64,000 nt of DNA from Candidatus Aminicenantales bacterium. GTDB lineage: Bacteria; Acidobacteriota; Aminicenantia; Aminicenantales; Saccharicenantaceae. The position numbers and the translations under genes were made by a program. A model generated the notes under the pieces. The model made no database searches and was not told where the DNA came from. It was given only the letters and a program-made list of their open reading frames with translations. Below, piece by piece: positions 1 through 7,527 of the stretch. The first letter of the stretch is position 1, and each line of letters starts with the position of its first letter. Location: positions 1,655 through 65,654 of the forward strand of contig JBEKVN010000013.1 in assembly GCA_049513915.1 (NCBI GenBank), written 5' to 3'.

Positions 1-125
1 CCAAAACCGCGGCCCTGCAGAATGTTGACCGAGGTAACCTCGCCGAACTGGGCGAACAGCTGCTTCAAAGTGTCTTCGGTGGTCTTGTAGTTGAGGTTAC
101 CCACATAAAGCTTTTGGAAGGACAT
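1..125 (-). CDS. RNA-binding protein, RRM/RNP-1 family (5' part only; runs off the window edge)
   Basis: Manual translation MSFQKLYVGNLNYKTTEDTLKQLFAQFGEVTSVNILQGRGFG, with RNP2 (LYVGNL) and the start of RNP1 (RGFG). AGGAGG SD upstream. Not in the ORF track. Confidence 0.85.
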   Translation of the reverse strand, partial: MSFQKLYVGNLNYKTTEDTLKQLFAQFGEVTSVNILQGRGF

Positions 126-341
126 TAAAAATTACCTCCTCTCTCTCCTGCCGCTGTCCACCCCGCGCGGGCGGGATGCGGACGCGACACGAGGAGATTT
201 CATTTTGCATATTTCGGAAGGACAAATCAAGCCTCGGCTCGAAATTATTTGTCAAAGTCCGTCCTTCCGCCCCCTGGGGCAATCTGGTATATTTGAGAGG
301 CCCGGACGGGGGACCTGTCCCGCGGGCCCGGAGGAACCATC

Positions 342-2063
342 ATGGCCATGAAGAAGGGAACTTACGTCCTGCTCATTGTCCTGTTCTTCATCCTGCTCAC
401 GGCGGCCGGGTTTATCTTCTTCTTCGTTTCCGAATTGGGGCCGCCCGCGGCCGAAGTCCCCGACCGCGCCTACGTCGACGTCAGCCTCTCCGGATCCGTG
501 GAGGAGGTCGCTCCGCCGGATTTTCTTTCGGCCCTTCTCCTCAGGGCCAAGCCTCTGACCGTCTACGATTTCTGGATGAACATGCGAAAGGCGGCGGTGG
601 ACGACCGCGTCCAGGCCGTCCTCCTGCGTCTCGGCATGCTCCAGTGCGACTGGGCCAAGGCGTCCGAAATGCGGGACGCCATCCTGCAGTTCCGGCGTTC
701 GGGGAAGAAGGTCACCGCCTACATCGAGGAAGCGCCCGATTTCGACATGGAATATTACGTCGCCACGGCCTGCGACCGGATCGTCCTGCACCCCTTGGGA
801 TGGCTGGGCGTCAAGGGCATCGGCGGCTATGTTCCCTTCTTTAAGGGCGCCCTGGACAAGCTCGGTATCCGGGCCGAATTCGAGCACGTGGAAGAGTACA
901 AAACGGCCTACAACATCTTCACCGAAAAGGGCTTCACCCCGGCCCACAGGGAGGAGATGGAGTCCCTGTACTCGGACATTTTCGCCGAGTACGTCCGGAC
1001 CGCGGCGAAGGCGCGCGGCAAGACCGAGGCCGAGTTCCGCTCGCTCATCAACCAGGGCTTTTTCCAGGGCGAACAGGCCAGGAAGGCGGGGCTCGTCGAC
1101 GCCTGTCTTTACGAGGACGAGCTCCAGCGCCGCCTCGTGGACGAAGGCCGGCCGCTCGGCCGGGTCCGGTTCGAGGAGTACACGCGGGTGAAACCCGCCT
1201 CCCTCGGGCTCGAGACGGGCCGCAAGGTGGCGCTCATCTACGGCGTCGGGACGATCATGACGGGCGAGAGCTTTTCCCAGGTCATGGGCGGCTCGACGGT
1301 GGCCCGCTGGATCCGGGCCGCGCGGCAAGACAGCTCGATCGCGGCCATCGTTTTCCGCGTGGACAGCCCGGGGGGCTCGTCCGTCGGGTCGGACGTCATC
1401 TGGCGGGAAGTCTTTCTCGCCAAGCAGGTCAAGCCCGTCGTCGTTTCGATGTCGGACGTGGCCGGGTCGGGAGGATACTGGATCGCCATGGCCGCGACCC
1501 GCATCGTCGCCCAGCCGCAGACGCTCACCGGTTCGATCGGGGTCCTCGCGGGCAAGTTCAGCGTCGCCGGCCTGCTCGACAAGCTGGGGATCACGGCCGA
1601 AAAACTGGCTTTCGGCGAAAAGGCCGACGTCTTCTCGCCTTTCAGGCCTTTCACCGCGGACGAAAAAAAGGCCCTCAAGGACCAGATCCTGTGGACCTAT
1701 GACCAATTCCTGACCAAGGTCGCCGAAGGCCGAAACATGACCAAGGAAGACGTCAACAAAATCGGCCGCGGCCGCATCTGGACCGGCCGCCAAGCCAAGG
1801 ACCTGAAGCTTGTGGATGAGCTCGGCGGCCTCACCGTCGCGCTCGGACTGGCCAAGAAGCTGGCCTCGATCCCCCCCGGCGAAGAGGTCCAGCTCGTCAT
1901 CTGGCCTAAAAAACTCACGTTCTGGCAATCAATTTTCGGGGCCCCGGACCAGGGGATCAACCTGAAATCGACCGCCGGCCTCGAAAAGGCGCTCGAAGCG
2001 GCCCGGTTGATGGAAAAGACAGGGATCTGGGCCATCATGCCCTTTTGGATCAAGCCGCGATAA
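342..2063 (+). CDS. sppA: Signal peptide peptidase SppA, 67K type
   Basis: N-terminal TM segment, two S49 halves, EEYKTA, RVDSPGGS, AGSGGYWIA, TGSIGV, GRIWTG. GGAGG SD. Confidence 0.95.
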   Translation: MAMKKGTYVLLIVLFFILLTAAGFIFFFVSELGPPAAEVPDRAYVDVSLSGSVEEVAPPDFLSALLLRAKPLTVYDFWMNMRKAAVDDRVQAVLLRLGMLQCDWAKASEMRDAILQFRRSGKKVTAYIEEAPDFDMEYYVATACDRIVLHPLGWLGVKGIGGYVPFFKGALDKLGIRAEFEHVEEYKTAYNIFTEKGFTPAHREEMESLYSDIFAEYVRTAAKARGKTEAEFRSLINQGFFQGEQARKAGLVDACLYEDELQRRLVDEGRPLGRVRFEEYTRVKPASLGLETGRKVALIYGVGTIMTGESFSQVMGGSTVARWIRAARQDSSIAAIVFRVDSPGGSSVGSDVIWREVFLAKQVKPVVVSMSDVAGSGGYWIAMAATRIVAQPQTLTGSIGVLAGKFSVAGLLDKLGITAEKLAFGEKADVFSPFRPFTADEKKALKDQILWTYDQFLTKVAEGRNMTKEDVNKIGRGRIWTGRQAKDLKLVDELGGLTVALGLAKKLASIPPGEEVQLVIWPKKLTFWQSIFGAPDQGINLKSTAGLEKALEAARLMEKTGIWAIMPFWIKPR

Positions 2064-2067
2064 TATT

Positions 2068-2211
2068 GTCGACCGGGTCTTGTTCTGGGCGGCACCGAAG
2101 CCACCCTTATCCCCCGCACCCCGGGAACCAGTTTCGTCGGTTCCCCCCGTCGGACAAGCCGTCGGGTCCCCCCTCCGCCACGGGGTCTTTCGGGCGGCCT
2201 CGGTACCGCCC
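2068..2211. repeat. Structured intergenic repeat, module beta, copy 1
   Basis: Near-identical core to 41356-41509. Closing stem gggcggcaccgaagccaccc / gggcggcctcggtaccgccc. Lies between convergent genes. Confidence 0.9.
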
Positions 2212-2255
2212 TTCACGGACTTGGCTCCAGTATTTGATGTCCGCCGCGAAGCTTA

Positions 2256-5234
2256 TCAATACGCGTACGATGACGGGCAGATGGTCTTGAAGTCGCAGAA
2301 GTTGCAGGTGTGCCAGGAGGGCGTGGCCGCGAAGTCGCCGCGCCGGATGCCCTCGGCGGCCTGACGGATTTTCTCGGCGGCGCGCCGGAATTCCCTCTCG
2401 CCCTTACGGGCACGCCCGATGATTCCCGATTCCAGAAAATAGAGCCGCGTCTCCGCCGGCAGAAGCCCCTGGGTTTTAAGGAACGAGAGGGCGTAGACGT
2501 CCATTTGCAGGCTGTCGGCCGTCCGGCGGTCGGCCTCTTTCTGCGAGCCGGCGTCCGACGATTTGAAATCGATGATCATGGGGCCGTCGTCCTCGAAGTC
2601 GACCCGGTCGAAGCGGCCCGAAAAACGGATGCCGCCTTCCTGCCATCGGAACGTTTTTTCGAGGAACCCCGGGACCTTCCCCGATTCCTCCTCCCGCCGG
2701 TAAAAGAGTCGGAGCGCGCGCTCGCCGGCGGCCTTTCTCAACTCCTCGTGTTCCCGGCTGAGGAACCCCTCATTGACCCAGTTTTTGGCATACTCGGCCA
2801 GGAATTCCTCCTCGCCCATCGCCTTTCCCCTCATCCGGCTTTTCAGATAGACGTGGATCGTCGCATGGAGGACGCGACCGAAAACGAGCGTGTGGTGGGG
2901 AAGGACCGGCACGCGCATCACGTGGCGGAAGCGGTACTTGAGCGGACAGACGAGATAGTCCTCGACCTGGACGTGGCTCAGCGGGAGGACGGCCGGGGCC
3001 CGGACTCTCGAGGCGGCCCGGGGCCGCTCGTCGGCCAAGGCATGGCGGCGGATCTCTTCGATGGCCGAGGACTTGAGGACCTCGTCGGGCATCTTGGGGA
3101 TGTCGAGGGCCTCAAGCACGAACGGGCTGACCTTCTTCAGCCGCTTGAGGCCGTAATCGCGGGCCCAGGTCAAATAAAGGGCGTGGCGGGCCCGGGTCAT
3201 CGCGACATAGAAGAGTCTCCGCTCCTCCTGCATGGAGTTCTCTTTACCCGGCAGGCTCTCCTTGAGGATCTCGTCGGGGACGGGGATCCTCTCGCGCTGC
3301 TCGCGTCCGGGAAACCTCTCCTCTATGAGGCTGACCAGGAAAACGGTCCCGAACTCGAGCCCCTTGGCCTTGTGCACGGTCAGGACGCTGACGGCGTCCT
3401 CGTCGAGGTCCGCTTCCGAGGTGGCCGGATTGTCGCCGACCTCCCGGAGGAGGTCGAGGTAGCGGGCGAACGAATGGATGGAGTCGTTGTCGGCGAGGTC
3501 GGAGAAGCCCTTGATTTTGTCGAAAAACAGCCGGATGTTCTTGATCCGGACTTCGGATTCGACGGACATCTTTTCGACCAGGGACTTCAGATAGCCGCTT
3601 TTTTCGAGGAAAGCGTAGACGACCGCCCCGGCGTTCTTCGAGCTCCCGAGCTCGACGAAAAACTGGAGGTCGGAAAAGATCCGCTTGACGGTGTCCTCGG
3701 TTCCCGGCGAGACCTCGACGGGCTTGGCCCCCTCGGCGATCAGCTTGAACACCCGGTGGAGGGAGAGGTTCGTCTTTTGGGCGTAGCCGGCGACCCTCGT
3801 CATGTCGTAGGAGTCCGCCCGGTAGACATCGGAGAGGGACAGATAAAAGAGGTCGCGGCTGTTCTCGAAGTCCGTAAGGGATTTGATGAACGCCGTCAGG
3901 ACCTTGATCTCCTCCTGTTGATAAAGTCCGCGGCTCCCCGAAAACCGGAACGGAACCTGTTTCATATTGAAGGCCCGCAGGTAGGCGTCGGCGTCGCCGT
4001 TGCGCCGGACGAGGACGGCCATGTCGCTCCACGGACGGCCCTCGGCGCGCTTTTCCAGGACGAGGTCGGCAACCTTGTCCGCTTCGTGGGAGAGCGTGTC
4101 GAACTGCAGCATGAAGATGCTTTTCCCCGTGCCGGGAGAGGCGGCTTTCAGCCGCTTGTCGACGCGGTCCTTGGCTTCGAGGCGGCTGGGATTGTTATGC
4201 TGAATGAGCTGATAGGACGCGTCCAGGATGGCCTGGGTGGAGCGGTAGTTCCTGGTCAGGACGACCCTTTTGGCCTCGGGGTAGATCTCCTCGAAGCTGA
4301 GGATGTTGCTGAGGGACGCCCCCCGGAATCGGAAGATGCTTTGGTCGTCATCGCCGACCACGGTCAGGTTCCGGTGACCGGCGGCCAGCATCTTGAGCAG
4401 CTGGAATTGGACGTAGTTCGTGTCCTGGAACTCGTCGACAAGGATGTACTTGTATTTCCGCCGGAACTCGTCGAGGACGGACGGCCGGGAGCGGAAGAGG
4501 TCTACGACGAGCAGCACCTGATCCTCGAAATCGATGAATCCTTCGTTCCTGAGGAGCGCCTGGTATTCGCCATAGACACGGGCGACCTCCCGGTGCTTGC
4601 GGCCCGTCTCCCTCTCTCCTTCCCCGGAAGCCCGTCCGGCCAACTCCTCGGCGTACCGGACGTAATCCTGGGGACGGACGTCTTCCTGCTTCAGGCGCCG
4701 GATGGCGTCCAGAAGCTCTTGGATGTGGCGCGTGGGATAACTCAGGGGGCGGTAGTATTCGAGTGAAAAGCGGAAAAGGTTTTCCCGGAAGAAGATGGCC
4801 TGCTCGACGTCATCGAGGAGCTTGAAGTCCGGCGGGTAGCCAAGGTCGAGGGCATAGTCCCGGAGGACCTTCTCCCCGAAGGAATTGAACGTGCTGATCT
4901 CCACGAACGAGTAGGTATAGGGGACGAGGACGTCCACCCGGGCCTCCATCTCGCTCGCGGCCTTCTCCGTGAAGGTCACGGCCAGAATCTCCTCCGGCCG
5001 GGCCCGCTTCGAGGAGATCAGGTGGGCGATCCTGTGCGTGATGACCTTGGTCTTGCCCGTTCCCGCGCCGGCGATGATGAGGAGGGGCCCTTGGCCGTGG
5101 AGCACGGCCCGGCGCTGCGCAGGATTCAGGGAGGACAGGAGGTCCTGTTCCTCCGGGGGGCCGCTCGCTTCGGAGGGACGGGGCGTGCGGCGCGAAGGTC
5201 GGTCCGGCCTATTTTTTCGGGGGTTTGGGGACAA
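2256..5234 (-). CDS. UvrD/PcrA-family ATP-dependent DNA helicase fused to a C-terminal PD-(D/E)xK (RecB/AddB-like) nuclease with a 4-Cys Fe-S motif
   Basis: AGAGTGKT, VDEFQD, VGDDDQSIF, NYRS, TVHKAKGLEF, EERRLFYVAMTRA. C-terminal CPLKY...GRFDRVD...IIDFKS...QMDVYA...CNFCDFKTIC. Start codon uncertain. Confidence 0.9.
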   Translation of the reverse strand: MSPNPRKNRPDRPSRRTPRPSEASGPPEEQDLLSSLNPAQRRAVLHGQGPLLIIAGAGTGKTKVITHRIAHLISSKRARPEEILAVTFTEKAASEMEARVDVLVPYTYSFVEISTFNSFGEKVLRDYALDLGYPPDFKLLDDVEQAIFFRENLFRFSLEYYRPLSYPTRHIQELLDAIRRLKQEDVRPQDYVRYAEELAGRASGEGERETGRKHREVARVYGEYQALLRNEGFIDFEDQVLLVVDLFRSRPSVLDEFRRKYKYILVDEFQDTNYVQFQLLKMLAAGHRNLTVVGDDDQSIFRFRGASLSNILSFEEIYPEAKRVVLTRNYRSTQAILDASYQLIQHNNPSRLEAKDRVDKRLKAASPGTGKSIFMLQFDTLSHEADKVADLVLEKRAEGRPWSDMAVLVRRNGDADAYLRAFNMKQVPFRFSGSRGLYQQEEIKVLTAFIKSLTDFENSRDLFYLSLSDVYRADSYDMTRVAGYAQKTNLSLHRVFKLIAEGAKPVEVSPGTEDTVKRIFSDLQFFVELGSSKNAGAVVYAFLEKSGYLKSLVEKMSVESEVRIKNIRLFFDKIKGFSDLADNDSIHSFARYLDLLREVGDNPATSEADLDEDAVSVLTVHKAKGLEFGTVFLVSLIEERFPGREQRERIPVPDEILKESLPGKENSMQEERRLFYVAMTRARHALYLTWARDYGLKRLKKVSPFVLEALDIPKMPDEVLKSSAIEEIRRHALADERPRAASRVRAPAVLPLSHVQVEDYLVCPLKYRFRHVMRVPVLPHHTLVFGRVLHATIHVYLKSRMRGKAMGEEEFLAEYAKNWVNEGFLSREHEELRKAAGERALRLFYRREEESGKVPGFLEKTFRWQEGGIRFSGRFDRVDFEDDGPMIIDFKSSDAGSQKEADRRTADSLQMDVYALSFLKTQGLLPAETRLYFLESGIIGRARKGEREFRRAAEKIRQAAEGIRRGDFAATPSWHTCNFCDFKTICPSSYAY

Positions 5235-5529
5235 CGACGACCTTCTCGCCCGGCTTGATCAGCCACAACCGCTCGCGGGCCGCCTTCTCGACGGCGCGGG
5301 GGTTTGTCTCGAGCTCATGGATTTCGGCCTCGAGCCGGGCCTTTTCCTGCCTGAGTTTCAGCGACTCGGCCTGAAGCTCCGCGAGTTTCAGCCGGGTCCG
5401 GTGGATGTCCATGACGCCCTTCTTCCCGAACACCGACGTCACGACCATGATCAGGAAAAGGCAGGCGACGCCGAGGATGAAAATTCTCTTCCGGAAGGCC
5501 GGCGTGTTCCGCGGAGATTCGGCGCTCAC
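5209..5529 (-). CDS. ftsB: Septum formation initiator, FtsB/DivIC family
   Basis: C-terminal 106 aa of ORF 5209..6261: TM segment, coiled coil, VEKAARERLWLIKPGE. GTG start overlaps the upstream stop (GTGA). Confidence 0.85.
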   Translation of the reverse strand: MSAESPRNTPAFRKRIFILGVACLFLIMVVTSVFGKKGVMDIHRTRLKLAELQAESLKLRQEKARLEAEIHELETNPRAVEKAARERLWLIKPGEKVVVVPKPPKK

Positions 5530-6929
5530 AGCACGGCCTCCATACCTTTCCGGAGCAGGTCGTCGACCCGCCTCTTGGTCGCTGCCTCGGCGTAACAGCG
5601 GATCAGGGGCTCCGTGCCCGACATCCGGAGGAGGAACCAGTCGCCGCCTTCGAAGTCCAGCTTGATCCCGTCGATCGTCTCGACCCCGATGACCTTGCGG
5701 CGCCCGACGTCCGCTGGCGGGCTTTGGATGAGGGCCTTCAGCCTCTTGGCCCGCTCCGGAGTCAGGGGCACAGTGCGCTGGCCGCCGGCCACCGTCCCGT
5801 ACCGTTCGAACAGATCCTCCCGGAGCGACCGCAGGCCCTTGCCTTCGACCGCGACCATTTCCGCCACCAGAAGCCCGGCGAAGATCCCGTCTTTTTCGGG
5901 GAGATGGTCCTTGACGGCGATGCAGGCGCTCTCCTCTCCGCCGAAGATGATGTGCCCCTTCAGGAAGAGGTCGGCCATGTACTTGAATCCGACCTTCGTT
6001 TTGTACAGAGGAAGGCCGTATCCGGCGGCGATGCGGTCCAGGAGGTGGGTCGTGGTGATGGACCTGGCCACCCCGCCCCGCCATCCCTTGACGCGGACGA
6101 GATAGTCGAGGAGCATGGCCAGGATGAAGTTCTGGTGGATGAACGTCCCCTCCTCGTCGATGATCCCGAACCGGTCGCCGTCGGCGTCCGTCGCGACCCC
6201 GAGGTGACACTTTTTTTCGAGGACCAGGGTCTTGAGTTCGGCCAGATTTTCTTCCGTGCAAGAGGGGATCACGCCCCCGAAATAAGGGTCGATGTAGCCG
6301 TGGATCCCTTCGACGAGGATCTCGTTTTCCTCCAGGACCTCGTCCAGGTACTCTCGGCTCGTGCCGAAGAGGAGGTCGACGCCGACGCGCAACCCTGCCT
6401 TGCGGATGGCCGCGAAGTCGATCTTGTCCTGGAGGAATCCGAGGTAGTCGGCCTGGAGGTCGATCCGGGCGATGTTGTCCTTCGGTGAATAATAAGGAAC
6501 GTGGGAAAAACGCGGCATCAGCTTGCGAATTTCCTCTTCGATGCTGTCGGTCACCTCGGGAAGCGCCGGCGCCCCCGTCTCGACGTTGAACTTGAGCCCG
6601 TTATACCAGGGCGGGTTGAAGGACGCCGTGAAGTTCACGGCCCCCTGGCATTTTCGCTTGATGACCTGTAGGGCCAGGGCCTGAGACGGCGCGTCCCGGT
6701 CGGCCAGGTAGACGGAGATGTCGTTCTTGGACAGCAGTTTCGCGGCCTCAAGGGCGAACCGCTCCGAGAGGAAACGCGTGTCATAGCCGACCGCAAGGGA
6801 AACGGGCTGTCCGGGGAATTTCTGCTTGACGTGATTGGCCACGGCCTGGACGACGACCCGAACGTTGTGGAACGTGAATTCTTCCCCCATGAGGCCACGC
6901 CAGCCCGACGTGCCGAAACGGATCATCAT
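5526..6929 (-). CDS. Phosphoglucomutase/phosphomannomutase family protein
   Basis: FGTSGWRG, GYDTR, TASFNP (variant of TASHNP), DADGDR, GGEES, RMSGTEP. Confidence 0.9.
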   Translation of the reverse strand: MMIRFGTSGWRGLMGEEFTFHNVRVVVQAVANHVKQKFPGQPVSLAVGYDTRFLSERFALEAAKLLSKNDISVYLADRDAPSQALALQVIKRKCQGAVNFTASFNPPWYNGLKFNVETGAPALPEVTDSIEEEIRKLMPRFSHVPYYSPKDNIARIDLQADYLGFLQDKIDFAAIRKAGLRVGVDLLFGTSREYLDEVLEENEILVEGIHGYIDPYFGGVIPSCTEENLAELKTLVLEKKCHLGVATDADGDRFGIIDEEGTFIHQNFILAMLLDYLVRVKGWRGGVARSITTTHLLDRIAAGYGLPLYKTKVGFKYMADLFLKGHIIFGGEESACIAVKDHLPEKDGIFAGLLVAEMVAVEGKGLRSLREDLFERYGTVAGGQRTVPLTPERAKRLKALIQSPPADVGRRKVIGVETIDGIKLDFEGGDWFLLRMSGTEPLIRCYAEAATKRRVDDLLRKGMEAVL

Positions 6930-6937
6930 TTGCGAAA

Positions 6938-6966
6938 AAAGTACCACATGCCGCCTGGAATTGCAA
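6938..6966 (-). promoter_or_regulatory. Sigma70-type promoter of the phosphohexomutase gene (near-leaderless)
   Basis: TTGCAA-17-TACTTT, with ATG 8 nt downstream and no SD. Confidence 0.55.
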
Positions 6967-6976
6967 CTCTACAGAG

Positions 6977-7520
6977 GTCGGACGGGTCCTCTCGGCGCGG
7001 GTCTAACAGGGGGGCTGAAGGGCTGGCCTCCACTCCAGAGCACGGTTCTTCACGCCCGAGAATCGCGTCCTTCTCGGCACCAAAACAACTCGCTTGGCGT
7101 GCGCTACGCCAAGCTCAAACACGTTTTGGCAGTTCCCCCTGGAACTTCCCTCGAAGGGCGTGATTCTCGGGCTAAACCGCGCATGACGTTTCGGCCATTC
7201 CCCTCAGCCCCCCTGTATAAGCCGGGCCGCCCGTCCGCACATTCATAGGAACTGACAGGGACAGCCCCTCGGAGAAATCGTGAAAGGGTGGCGCGGCACA
7301 GAGGTCCGCGGCCCTCACACTCGAACACTCCCTCGTATCGGGAATTCTCCGAGTGTGAGGAGTGGAGGTTTAGAAGGGGGAATATGCCTCTCCGCCCAGG
7401 CTTGGAAAGGGCCGAAGGGGTGTGGCCGGAACGTCATGTGCGGCTTAGCGCAAGACGCACTCTGGAGTGGAGGCCATCCCCGAGGCCCTTTCCGTTGACG
7501 CGCCGGGACAGGCCCCGTCC
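6977..7520. mobile_element. Composite structured element (MITE/REPIN-like): alpha rod + gamma-related module + inverted truncated alpha, with imperfect inverted ends
   Basis: Left end gtcggacgggtcctctcggcgcg; right end cgcgccgggacaggccccgtcc. Internal homology to 28003-28484. No coding signal. Confidence 0.75.
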
Positions 7521-7527
7521 AAATATT

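Noticed and set aside
2045-2413. Short ORFs over the repeats (also 6831..7498, 27714..28541, 41265..41635) that share peptide similarity
   Set aside because: The similarity comes from the repeated DNA. Frames and starts are not conserved between copies and there is no SD.
7024-7197. Hammerhead-ribozyme look-alike on the minus strand of the alpha module (ggccGAAAcgTC ... CTGgagtgGAggcc)
   Set aside because: The CUGANGA core is not matched, and the other two copies read GGAAC rather than GAAAC, so it is not a canonical hammerhead. A self-cleavage assay would still be cheap to run.
6977-7520. CRISPR array or attC cassette array interpretation of the repeats
   Set aside because: No regularly spaced direct repeats with unique spacers, no cas or integrase gene, and no cassette ORFs.
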